Under the pieces are notes generated by a model, which made no database searches, had not been told where the DNA came from, and saw only the letters and a program-made list of their open reading frames with translations. A DNA stretch of 64,000 nucleotides, taken from positions 223,420-287,419 of the forward strand of contig JAVHQC010000022.1 in assembly GCA_036170915.1 (NCBI GenBank), read 5' to 3'. The stretch comes from Cyanobacteria bacterium auto_48_18 (GTDB lineage: Bacteria > Cyanobacteriota > Vampirovibrionia > Obscuribacterales > Obscuribacteraceae). Shown piece by piece: positions 7,969 through 17,114 of this stretch (position 1 is the stretch's first letter; each line of letters starts with the position of its first letter). The position numbers were made by a program, and so were the translations under genes.

Positions 7969-9377
7969 GTTCCCACCCATTGAGCGATACCATCGCGATA
8001 ATTTCTCAATGCCACCGCGCGGGCGAGAAAACGCACATAGGCACCTTGATATTCGCTGTCCGAGCGCGCCTTCAGCCTGACGTCTGCTTCAAAAGCATCA
8101 CCGGTTTTGACACTGAGTTTCCAGCGGTTCATATATTCTTTGCGATCATCAGGATGCATAAAAAGGGCAAAATCAAGACCAACACGGTGTTCACGCGTGG
8201 TGCCACTAAATTCGTACCAGCGGTTGCTGAAGAAATCCAGGCGACCGTCATTGCCTGCTGTCCAAACTATTTGTGGAATTTGATCTGCTAAAGATTGGAA
8301 GGCGTGCGCGCTTTCCAGTACTTCTTCCATCAGACGCTTACGCCTATCGATATCAGTGGCGGTGCCAATCCATAATTTTTTTGCCGTCAACCAGTGATTA
8401 AGATCGCCGGCATTTTCTACTGTGATTTTAAGCAGGCCTTCAACCTGACCAGGCAGTGGTTTGACTAAAGGTAATGCACGCACAATGTGCCAGTAATATT
8501 CGCCGTCCGCCGCCAGTAAACGAAATTCGCCGCTGAACGAATTGCCACTTTCGGCAGCCTCTTGCCACGTTTTATCCCATTTGGCAAGGTCGCCTTCGTG
8601 CAAAGATTCGCGCCAGGCAAAACCTTCATCGTTCTCCGGCTTTGCGCCGGTGAGCTCGTAAAAACGTTTGTTGAACTGGCGCATGCGCGCCTGGCCATTA
8701 CCGGCAAAAACAATATGCGGCATCTCCTGCACCAGGGCAGAAAAAAGTACTTGCCGTTGTTTCAATTCAACTTCAAGCAACTTTATATCTTGCAGATCTA
8801 GCAGAAATACCATGCGCTCGCCAGAGCCTTCCGCTAGTTTGCGCAAAGTTACGCCCACTGCCAGGCGTTTACCATCGGCCGTACTGCGCTCACTTTCCCA
8901 AACATTGGAAATCAGGCTGGTGTTGAGATCCTTGAGACGCTCGGCATCAATACTCGAAAACTGTCGTGGCGTGATTTGCGCTTCGCTAATAGCGCCGCTG
9001 AGAAAATCTTGGCGATCATAGCCAAGAAGATCAGCGAGGGCTTGATTGGCATAAACAATCTGGCCTTCAGCGCTTACCTTATATGTGGGAACGAGCGTAT
9101 CTTCAATGAAATATTCAATGCGCGACTCTGCTTCCATCAAGACCATGCGGCGGTGGTCCACCAGGCTCATGTCAAGTTTGGCGCGATGGTTTGGATGCTG
9201 GCGCTGAAAATTGAGCTTCTCAAGGGAGTGTTTCAGCAACAACTCCTTTTCTTGCAAGCGTAAGGCTTTAAGCTGTCCAGCCAAATCGCCACCAGTGGTG
9301 CGTTCTTGATTGAAGCGCTCCACTTGGGGGTCGTCTGAATTTAAACAGTTCTTGCCATTTGCCATTCGTTGGAGCAT
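7950..9377 (-). CDS. Stand-alone multi-PAS protein (3 PAS/PAC, no output domain)
   Basis: YANQALADLLGY; EMPHIVF...NKRFYELTG; LADQIPQIVWTAGNDG...NRWYEFSG; ends WVGTWTSID. Confidence 0.85.
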   Translation of the reverse strand: MLQRMANGKNCLNSDDPQVERFNQERTTGGDLAGQLKALRLQEKELLLKHSLEKLNFQRQHPNHRAKLDMSLVDHRRMVLMEAESRIEYFIEDTLVPTYKVSAEGQIVYANQALADLLGYDRQDFLSGAISEAQITPRQFSSIDAERLKDLNTSLISNVWESERSTADGKRLAVGVTLRKLAEGSGERMVFLLDLQDIKLLEVELKQRQVLFSALVQEMPHIVFAGNGQARMRQFNKRFYELTGAKPENDEGFAWRESLHEGDLAKWDKTWQEAAESGNSFSGEFRLLAADGEYYWHIVRALPLVKPLPGQVEGLLKITVENAGDLNHWLTAKKLWIGTATDIDRRKRLMEEVLESAHAFQSLADQIPQIVWTAGNDGRLDFFSNRWYEFSGTTREHRVGLDFALFMHPDDRKEYMNRWKLSVKTGDAFEADVRLKARSDSEYQGAYVRFLARAVALRNYRDGIAQWVGTWTSID

Positions 9378-9581
9378 ATCATAATCGGCCGGTACCTCTT
9401 AGCAACCTTTATCTTCTTTAAATGCAGTGTAAAGGTGAAGTAAAGTTGCGAATTCATGGTTTTAATAACTACATTCCTGCGTTCCGCCCGCTTTCCGGCA
9501 TATTCTTAAAAATGGAACAAAGGCAGCCGAGTCTGGTCATAAATGCAGAACGGTTACTAACCAGCCCTGGGCAAAGGAGAT

Positions 9582-10049
9582 ATGACCATGAAAGGTCTAA
9601 TGTTCGTCGGATTATTTGGTTTTTTAGCTGGGGTACTTTTTGCCCCTAAAAAAGGCTCAGAATTGCGCAGTCAGATGCGTGAGAAATGGGACCTCCTGCA
9701 ATATTCAGCTGAAGAAAAAGGCAAGGAAGTCTGGGAAGTCGTCAAACCAGCCGCCGAGCAAGTTAAGGCAGAAGGCTCCACGTTGAAGTCTGAGGGCAAA
9801 GCATTGCTCAGAGACGCTGGAGAGTTTCTCGATAAATCTCTTTCTGCAGGCAAACAAACACTGGGCGAATCACAAAATCGCGTCAGCGAGAAAGTTGCAC
9901 CAGTAGTAACTTTGATTAAAGAAGACGTCAAAGAATTGAGCGACGGCGCCACAGACGCTGTGGGCAAAGTTGGCGAAAAATTTGACGAGTTGAAGAAAAA
10001 AGGCACCAGCGCTTTTGATTCATTACAGAAGAAAGAAGCTAACAGCTAA
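9582..10049 (+). CDS. YtxH-domain protein
   Basis: N-terminal GFLAGVLFAPKKGSELR signature followed by a charged helical region; AAGGAGA SD. Confidence 0.85.
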   Translation: MTMKGLMFVGLFGFLAGVLFAPKKGSELRSQMREKWDLLQYSAEEKGKEVWEVVKPAAEQVKAEGSTLKSEGKALLRDAGEFLDKSLSAGKQTLGESQNRVSEKVAPVVTLIKEDVKELSDGATDAVGKVGEKFDELKKKGTSAFDSLQKKEANS

Positions 10050-10084
10050 TTCGCTTAAGGCGACTTGAGCATGTCAGATATATT

Positions 10085-10119
10085 GAGAGAGCATCGGTTT
10101 TACCAGTGCTCTCTTTTTT
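10085..10119 (+). terminator. Intrinsic terminator after the YtxH-domain gene
   Basis: AGAGAGCA...TGCTCTCT stem followed by a T run. Confidence 0.7.
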
Positions 10120-10165
10120 CTGTCATCAATTCTCAAAAAAATACGTTCGAACTTTCTTTTTTCAG

Positions 10166-11716
10166 CTACCAGTCTTCCTGACTCTTGTGTTCAACGGTTT
10201 TTTCCAGGCGTGAAACTATTTTGCGCAAACCGTGAGATTTGTGGGAAGACAGTTTTTCTGCCATTTTTCCTGATGCCAGCGCCACTTTTACCACTGACAA
10301 TTTGGGCCGGGTAAACAATAACTTGAGGCCGAGGCCGGTGCGATAGCGCAACGATAAGTTTTCGCCGAAAGCATGCAGGTGACCGTGATAGCCTCGCACA
10401 AACTGTACTACGTCTGCGGCCAGTTGTTCTGCTGGGTGCTTATAGATGGGCTCTGAACACCTGCGCGAGTGCTTTTTCATCGTCTGCTCATAAGATCTCA
10501 AAGCCTCGTCGGCAATAATGTCGCAGGCATATTTTTCGAGTGCCTCCTTGCGAGCGGCCTCAGCCATAGACAAACGTTGGCTATCGTTTTGCAAAAGGGC
10601 GATAATCGCTTCTGCCAGGGCAATGCTATTGGCTTTTTCCACATGCAAACCGGTTTGATTGTGCTTGATATATTCAGGAGTACCTCCTGCTGTACTGCCC
10701 ACTACAGGCTTGCCTGAAGCAAGAGCTTCCAGCACCGTATATGGTGCATTGTCAAAGAGCGATGGCACTACACAAACATCAGCGGCCCGATAATATTCGG
10801 GCATCTCATTAAGCGGCAAATGACTGGCAAAAAAGACTTTGCTTGTGCAGTCGCTTTTTGCCAGAATTTGCTTTAGTGATTTGAGCACCGACGACTTGCC
10901 AGCACCTGTATTGGTGTCGGCGCCCACAATAACAAAACGCGCTTCCGGCACCGCTTTTACTATTTGCGGCACTGCCTCAATTAAATACTGTATGCCTTTG
11001 CGTGCTTCCAAGCGTCCGGCAAAATAGATAATCTTAAAATCAGTATCTGATTTTGATTTTTTCTCAAAAGGTAAAGCGGCTTTTTTTCCTTCAGGCGAAA
11101 ATTTTTCAGTGTCCACCGGGTTGCGCACAATTTCGATGGCGCTTAATTTGACCCCGGTTTCAGCGGCGACGAACTCGGCTAGATTGACACTGGGAGACGA
11201 TAGCAGGTCGGCTTCTGACATGGCCAGGCGCTCGAGGGTTGAGACAATATAGCTATCAAAATCTTTTTTGATATTGTGATAACCCTCAGCTACAAATTTA
11301 GCATAAGGGGTATGCAGTCGCACCACCAGCGGTGCGACTCTCGTAAGCGCTATAAAGATGCCTTCGGCCAGATGATCTGGTGCTTCCACAACTTCGAAGG
11401 GCTCCGCTCGGTGCAATTGCAGAAATTTTTTCCACATAGGCAGAGCCGCGCGCAATAAGTGATGGGTATTAGGTTGAGTGACATTGAGCAGTGCCGCCAG
11501 TTTAATTTCATTGGCCCAGACGACGCGGTGCACGTGCACGCCACCGTCTATAACTGCTTGAGGATTTATGCCCTCTACATCTTTCTTTGTCAGGCAGACA
11601 ACGTGCACGTCGTGGCCTGAGCGAGCCAGTGCGCGGCTAAGCTGATAAGTATAGGCGCCAATACCGCCCCATCCTGTATCAGGTGGATACTCGCGGGAGA
11701 TGAAACAAATTCTCAT
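10166..11716 (-). CDS. Glycosyltransferase family 4
   Basis: MRICFISREYPP..GGIG; FAGRLEARKG; VPSLFDNAPYTVLEALASGKPVV. Confidence 0.9.
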   Translation of the reverse strand: MRICFISREYPPDTGWGGIGAYTYQLSRALARSGHDVHVVCLTKKDVEGINPQAVIDGGVHVHRVVWANEIKLAALLNVTQPNTHHLLRAALPMWKKFLQLHRAEPFEVVEAPDHLAEGIFIALTRVAPLVVRLHTPYAKFVAEGYHNIKKDFDSYIVSTLERLAMSEADLLSSPSVNLAEFVAAETGVKLSAIEIVRNPVDTEKFSPEGKKAALPFEKKSKSDTDFKIIYFAGRLEARKGIQYLIEAVPQIVKAVPEARFVIVGADTNTGAGKSSVLKSLKQILAKSDCTSKVFFASHLPLNEMPEYYRAADVCVVPSLFDNAPYTVLEALASGKPVVGSTAGGTPEYIKHNQTGLHVEKANSIALAEAIIALLQNDSQRLSMAEAARKEALEKYACDIIADEALRSYEQTMKKHSRRCSEPIYKHPAEQLAADVVQFVRGYHGHLHAFGENLSLRYRTGLGLKLLFTRPKLSVVKVALASGKMAEKLSSHKSHGLRKIVSRLEKTVEHKSQEDW

Positions 11717-11732
11717 TTAAACCTGTTTCTGA

Positions 11733-12293
11733 CTAACCTTTTTTGATCGTCCAGAAATCTTCGCCGAGGATATCCCAGGGCAATCTTCTTTCATCAGGCT
11801 CGTTGGCATCGAAACACTGATTGACGAAATAAATCATGTTGGCTGGATTCTGGAAAACGTTTGCCAGGCCGTGTGCTACTCCGCGTGGAATATAAAGGGC
11901 CTGTGCTCGACCAGAGCCGAGGACGAAGCGCATGCTTTTGTTGTATGTAGGCGAATCTTTGCGAGCGTCAAATAGACCAATTAGCAGGCGGTCGTAAGGC
12001 ATGACAAACCAGACATCTTCCTGGTTGTAGTGCAGGTGGAAGGCTTTGATTGTGCCGGGAAGCATTTGTGAATAAGTAGTTTGCTTGACTTTGAACTCAG
12101 GCAAAATCTGCAAGCAGCCTTGATCGTCAAAGCGCAATATTTCTGCCAGCGACCCACCGTCGTCGTAGAACATATTGAGATTGATAATCTGTACGCCATC
12201 AATGACGACTTTTTTCGAATAGTCTTGAACTGAAAGTTCTTTTTTGTATTCGGTGCCGATCGCTTCTTGTGATAGTGGTTTCAACATAATCAT
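11733..12293 (-). CDS. rmlC: dTDP-4-dehydrorhamnose 3,5-epimerase family (cupin)
   Basis: KAFHLH, LFDARKDSPTY, LYIPRGVAHG; last gene of the rml cluster. Confidence 0.85.
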   Translation of the reverse strand: MIMLKPLSQEAIGTEYKKELSVQDYSKKVVIDGVQIINLNMFYDDGGSLAEILRFDDQGCLQILPEFKVKQTTYSQMLPGTIKAFHLHYNQEDVWFVMPYDRLLIGLFDARKDSPTYNKSMRFVLGSGRAQALYIPRGVAHGLANVFQNPANMIYFVNQCFDANEPDERRLPWDILGEDFWTIKKG

Positions 12294-12378
12294 TGCTTTG
12301 ATGCCTGAAGGAAGTGTCGAGTCTCAGTCAATATAGACGCTGTAAGAATACCAGATTGCTGGCAAAAGTGGCTTCCTC

Positions 12379-13266
12379 TCAGGCTGGGGCCTTAACAGCC
12401 TTAAGCCTCAGATATTCCTCTAAGGCAACTTGCCACGGTGTTAGCGGGCGTGCCAGTACGTTTACCAGGTCTGTTTTATCGAGCACAGAGTAGGCTGGTC
12501 TCGGTGCCGGTCTTGGCATGTCTTTTGTTTCAATAGGCAGAACTGTAATTTTTTTGCCATGAAATTCGAGGCCCTTAACAATTTCTCGTGCAAAATCAAA
12601 CCAGCTAGTGACGCCATCGTCTGTGGCGTGGTAGACGCCGAACTTTCCAGTTTCAATTAAGTCGGCAATCACTTCTGAAAAAGTCAGAGTACTGGTGGGT
12701 GAGCCCACCTGGTCGGCCACCACCGATAATTCGCCGCGTTCCTGGGCTAATTTGTAAATGGTATCGACAAAGTTGCGCCCGTGAGGGCCGTAGAGCCAAC
12801 TGGTGCGCACAATATAGTGTTGAGGGCAATGTTGCTGCACCGCCAGCTCGCCGGCTAATTTTGATTTGCCGTATTGCGAGAGTGGCGAAGTTTCATCTGT
12901 GGGCAAGTAAGGTCTTGACTGAGTGCCGTCAAAAACATAATCGGTGCTGACATAGAGCATAGGAATTTGCAATTTCCCTGCTGCAATGGCTACGTTTTCG
13001 CTGCCGGTGTAATTAACGAGAAACGCTTTTTCGGGCTCGCTTTCGGCCAGATCTACTTGTGTATAGGCCGCGCAGTGAATAACCAGGTCAGGACACACTG
13101 AGTTCATCACTTTATCGACTTGTTCAAAGTCAGTAACGTCAAGCTCACCCTTGCTTAAGGCCACCACGTCATGACCACGGTCACGCAACCGGGGGCTCAA
13201 TGTTTGCTCGAGCATGCCACCGCCCCCGGTGACCAGCAGTTTCATCTTTTTGCCGGTAGCTGCCAT
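12379..13266 (-). CDS. rmlD: dTDP-4-dehydrorhamnose reductase
   Basis: HCAAYTQVDLAESE, STDYVFDG, YGKSK, DQVGSPT, PAPRPAYSVLD. Confidence 0.92.
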   Translation of the reverse strand: MAATGKKMKLLVTGGGGMLEQTLSPRLRDRGHDVVALSKGELDVTDFEQVDKVMNSVCPDLVIHCAAYTQVDLAESEPEKAFLVNYTGSENVAIAAGKLQIPMLYVSTDYVFDGTQSRPYLPTDETSPLSQYGKSKLAGELAVQQHCPQHYIVRTSWLYGPHGRNFVDTIYKLAQERGELSVVADQVGSPTSTLTFSEVIADLIETGKFGVYHATDDGVTSWFDFAREIVKGLEFHGKKITVLPIETKDMPRPAPRPAYSVLDKTDLVNVLARPLTPWQVALEEYLRLKAVKAPA

Positions 13267-13291
13267 TCTTTAATTCCTGCTGAGAAGTGAA

Positions 13292-14362
13292 TTAGTGTGT
13301 TTTCGCAGCTACAAGTTCTTTAGCGGCGGTTTTGGCCGTATGCGGCTTGGTTACTGCTTCTACCCAGCCCGGGTTGCTTGTATACCACTTCAATGTTTCA
13401 TGAATGCCGGTTTCAAATGTATGTTTTGGTTTCCAGCCGAGTTCGCGTTGAATTTTGCTTGAATCAATGGCGTAACGCTTGTCGTGACCAAGTCTGTCTT
13501 GCACATAATTGATCATCTCTTCACCTTTACCCAGTTCTTTTAAAACCAGTTTGGTGATTTGCATATTGGTGCGCTCGTTGCTGCCGCCTACGTTGTAGAC
13601 TTCGCCGGGTACTCCTTTGTGGAATGCCAGATCAATGGCGGTGCAGTGATCTTCTACATGCAGCCAATCGCGCACGTTGAGACCGTCTCCGTAAACCGGT
13701 ACTTTTTGGCCCTTGAGCAAATTAGTGATGAAGAGTGGTATCAATTTTTCAGGATGCTGATAGGGACCATAGTTATTAGAGCAGCGAGTGATCACTACTG
13801 GCATACCAAAAGTATGGAAGTATGCGCGGCAGAAAAGATCGCCGCCGGCTTTGCTTGATGAATAGGGGCTATTTGGTGCCAGTGGTGTCTCTTCGGTGAA
13901 GAGCCCTGTTGGTCCTAATGAGCCGTAAACTTCGTCGGTAGAAACCTGAGTGTAGCGAATGGTGTAGTCTTCAGGCTTGTAGGGCATCTGGGCGCCTTCC
14001 TTGCGACCAAATTTGAGAGCAGACTCGAGCAAGACCTGAGTGCCCAGTGTGTTTGATTTTACAAACACTGATGAATCGGTAATGGAGCGGTCTACGTGAC
14101 TTTCCGCAGCCAGGTTGATAATGCCGTCAATGGCGCCGAATTTTTTGCCTGAAACTATTTCGTCTACCAGCACGGCGTCTTCTACTCTACCCACCACCAG
14201 TTTGTAGCGAGGATTGGCGTCGACGTCGGCAAGATTTTCTTTGTGACCGGCATAGGTTTCAGCATCAAGATTGATGATTTCGTAGTCAGGATAAGCACTG
14301 AGCAAATGGCGCACAAGATTGCTGCCAATAAAACCTAACCCGCCAGTAATGAGCAGTCGCAT
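13292..14362 (-). CDS. rmlB: dTDP-glucose 4,6-dehydratase
   Basis: GGLGFIG, AAESHVDRSI, STDEVYG, PNSPYSSSK, RCSNNYGPYQHPEKLIP, RLGHDKRY. Confidence 0.95.
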   Translation of the reverse strand: MRLLITGGLGFIGSNLVRHLLSAYPDYEIINLDAETYAGHKENLADVDANPRYKLVVGRVEDAVLVDEIVSGKKFGAIDGIINLAAESHVDRSITDSSVFVKSNTLGTQVLLESALKFGRKEGAQMPYKPEDYTIRYTQVSTDEVYGSLGPTGLFTEETPLAPNSPYSSSKAGGDLFCRAYFHTFGMPVVITRCSNNYGPYQHPEKLIPLFITNLLKGQKVPVYGDGLNVRDWLHVEDHCTAIDLAFHKGVPGEVYNVGGSNERTNMQITKLVLKELGKGEEMINYVQDRLGHDKRYAIDSSKIQRELGWKPKHTFETGIHETLKWYTSNPGWVEAVTKPHTAKTAAKELVAAKTH

Positions 14363-14495
14363 AGAAAAATTCCTCGATCATGACTAACCGACTAGATTTT
14401 CCCTCTCCAGGCCGTGCTTGATCAACCCAACCGCATTCATATAAGGGGTTGCGCGTATGAATATTGTTTTATCTAGAGGTCAAAATCGAGCCGAG

Positions 14496-15569
14496 TTAAA
14501 CGACTTCTACTTTAGAGTCGTCTCCAAGCATCAGGCGAAATGCCTGCGGCCGGCCAGTCGAACGTGTTAATTCAACTGATACTCCAATCAGGCTGTCGCA
14601 AATGCGGCCATGAAAATCTAGTATCTGAGCCTTTTCACGCAGAATGCTATGTTCAATTTCGGCATGGCTCACTCGGGCGCCGTCACCAATTGATGTAAAC
14701 GGACCCACGTATGTGCTCTCCAGCAGGCAGTCTTCGCCTATCACCGCTGGCCCGCGCACAATACAATTAATCAGTTTACTGCCCTTGCCCACATGTACGC
14801 GGCCCGAAATGCGGCTGGCATCGTCAATTTCACCGTCCATAGAGACATCAGTCATTTCGTCTAAAACCACCCGGTTGGCTTCGAGCATGTCATCTTTTTT
14901 ACCGGTATCTAGCCACCAGCTTTTCAAAATGTGGCTGTCTACGCGGTGTCCGGTGTTAATTAGTTGTTGAATGGCGTCGGTAATTTCTAACTCGCCGCGT
15001 TTGCTGGGTTTGATTTGATCAATGGCAGTGTGAATTTTGGGTGTGAATAAATAGACACCAACCAGGGCCAGGTTCGATTTTGGCTTAGCCGGCTTCTCTT
15101 CCAGACCACTGATGGCGCCATCTTTGTCTAAGAGTGCCACACCAAAAGCACTGGGATTCGGCACTTCTTTAAGCAGGATAAACGCGTCAGGACCTTCGTC
15201 TTCAAAGCGTTTAACCAGTGGACCAACGCCGTCTTTAATCAGGTTATCACCCAGATACATGACAAATGGTGCGTCGCCGAGGAAGGGCCTGCCGGTCTTG
15301 ACCGCATGGGCCAGACCAAGTGGCTGGTCTTGCAAGATATACTCAATGCGTATATTCCATCTGCTGCCGTCGCCCACGCACTCTTCAACGTCTTTACCGG
15401 TCTCAGGGCTGACGATGATGCCTATTTCACTAATTCCGGCGTCAATGAGCGCCTCAACCGCATAAAAGAGAATCGGTTTGTTTGCCACTGGCAAAAGCTG
15501 TTTGGCCGCAGTATGGGTGATTGGCCGCATGCGTGTGCCTTTGCCGCCACTGAGAATTAAACCTTTCAT
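14496..15569 (-). CDS. rmlA: Glucose-1-phosphate thymidylyltransferase, long form
   Basis: LSGGKGTRMRP, KQLLPVANKP, RGELEITDA, WWLDTGK, C-terminal beta-helix. ATG 15569 with AGAGGA SD; track start is 15578. Confidence 0.92.
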   Translation of the reverse strand: MKGLILSGGKGTRMRPITHTAAKQLLPVANKPILFYAVEALIDAGISEIGIIVSPETGKDVEECVGDGSRWNIRIEYILQDQPLGLAHAVKTGRPFLGDAPFVMYLGDNLIKDGVGPLVKRFEDEGPDAFILLKEVPNPSAFGVALLDKDGAISGLEEKPAKPKSNLALVGVYLFTPKIHTAIDQIKPSKRGELEITDAIQQLINTGHRVDSHILKSWWLDTGKKDDMLEANRVVLDEMTDVSMDGEIDDASRISGRVHVGKGSKLINCIVRGPAVIGEDCLLESTYVGPFTSIGDGARVSHAEIEHSILREKAQILDFHGRICDSLIGVSVELTRSTGRPQAFRLMLGDDSKVEVV

Positions 15570-15606
15570 ACTGTGCATCCTCTTTTATTGTTCATCTAAA
15601 ACTTAG

Positions 15607-16170
15607 CTAGTAAGCCCCGCGCTTGCTGAACACGGCCTTAAAGGTGAGGGCGATGATGCGCCAGTCAAGCCAATAACTCCAGTTTTCGCAATACCACTGG
15701 TCGGCAGCTACTTTGACATCATCGGGCAGCTCATCGCGGCCGTTGACCTGGGCCCAGCCTGTGATACCCGGCGGAAACTCGAGTACACCGCTGACTTCTC
15801 TTTTGGCAGTGAGGTCGGTTTGATTATACAGAGCGGGCCGAGGGCCCACTAAACTCATCTGGCCAACTAGAACATTAACCAGTTGTGGAAGTTCATCCAG
15901 ACTGGTTCTTCGCAAAAATTTGCCCACCCTGGTAATTGGGCTGGGGAGAAGAAGCATCTGGTCTGTAGGTAGGTCTGGAGTGCCTGTGGCCATGGTGCGA
16001 AATTTATAAATTTCAAACAATTGGCCGTCTTTGCCCACGCGCTTTTGTTTGAAGATAATCGGACCACGGCTATCTAATTTGATTGCCACAGCGATAGCAA
16101 TCAACACCACTGAGCCTGCCAACAGGGCAGACAAGGCAAGAATAAAATCGGTAATTCTCTTGGCAATCAA
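15607..16170 (-). CDS. Initiating phosphoglycosyl transferase (Bac_transf family)
   Basis: KFRTM, LRRTSLDELPQL, MSLVGPRP, PGITGWAQVNGR. Confidence 0.92.
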   Translation of the reverse strand: MIAKRITDFILALSALLAGSVVLIAIAVAIKLDSRGPIIFKQKRVGKDGQLFEIYKFRTMATGTPDLPTDQMLLLPSPITRVGKFLRRTSLDELPQLVNVLVGQMSLVGPRPALYNQTDLTAKREVSGVLEFPPGITGWAQVNGRDELPDDVKVAADQWYCENWSYWLDWRIIALTFKAVFSKRGAY

Positions 16171-16229
16171 TTTCTTAGTAAGACCTTTTCAGCACTCATT
16201 TTAAAGCAAATAAGTCCTAGAATTGGCTC

Positions 16230-17114
16230 ATGCTTTTATCTGTAATTGTTGTCAGCTGGAATACCAAAGATCTTTTGCGTGCGTGCCTCTCGTCTTTGCA
16301 AAGTGAACTCAAAACGCTTTGTCCCGAGCAAGATTGCGAGGTGTTTCTTGTTGACAACAATTCGGCTGACGGATCGGCACAAATGGCCGCGGCCGAATTT
16401 CCCTGGGTGAGACTCACAGCCAACAGCGACAATAAAGGTTTTGCAGCCGCCAATAATCAGGCTCTCGCTCATGCCACCGGCGACTTTGTTTTGCTGCTTA
16501 ATCCTGATACTGAAGTAAAACCAGGCGCACTTCGCATCTTGATTGATTTTTTCTCAACCCATGCCAAAGCCGGCGTGGTAGCACCGCAGCTGCTTAACAC
16601 CGATGGCTCCATTCAGCGGTCATGCCGAGCTTTTCCTTCATTTATAGGTATGGTTTTCGAACTGGTTGGCCTCAGTCGCATGTTTCCTGCTGGTTCTAAA
16701 TATGGTGCAAAATTTCGCGAGTATAAAATGCTTGACTGGCAACATGATGATGAGCGTCAAGTCGACCAGCCAGAAGGCGCCTGCCTCATGATCAAGCGTC
16801 AGTTGCTTGATCAAATCGGTACATTAGACGAAGGTTACTGGATGCTTTTCGAAGAAGTCGACTGGTGTTTTAGAGCGAAAAAGGCTGGCTGGGAAATCTG
16901 GTTTACCCCTGCCGCTCAAGTGGTGCATCACTATGGCCAGTCGATTAAGCAAGTCAAAGTTCGTATGATACTCTCGTCGCACCGTGGCCTTTACCGTTTT
17001 TGGTTCAAGCACTATCGCGGTAATCGCTGGTGGCTTGATGGTATCGCCTATGGTGGTCTAATGGCTCTTGCTTATTTACGCATCGGCATGTATAAGTTGC
17101 GGGCTCTTCTATGA
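16230..17114 (+). CDS. Glycosyltransferase family 2 (rhamnosyltransferase-like)
   Basis: VDNNSADGS, NKGFAAANN, LLLNPDT, EEVDWCFR. Confidence 0.88.
   Translation: MLLSVIVVSWNTKDLLRACLSSLQSELKTLCPEQDCEVFLVDNNSADGSAQMAAAEFPWVRLTANSDNKGFAAANNQALAHATGDFVLLLNPDTEVKPGALRILIDFFSTHAKAGVVAPQLLNTDGSIQRSCRAFPSFIGMVFELVGLSRMFPAGSKYGAKFREYKMLDWQHDDERQVDQPEGACLMIKRQLLDQIGTLDEGYWMLFEEVDWCFRAKKAGWEIWFTPAAQVVHHYGQSIKQVKVRMILSSHRGLYRFWFKHYRGNRWWLDGIAYGGLMALAYLRIGMYKLRALL

Noticed and set aside
7950..7980. Frameshifted single six-PAS gene
   Set aside because: Both ORFs have their own coiled-coil N-terminus and equivalent C-termini, favouring two paralogous genes.
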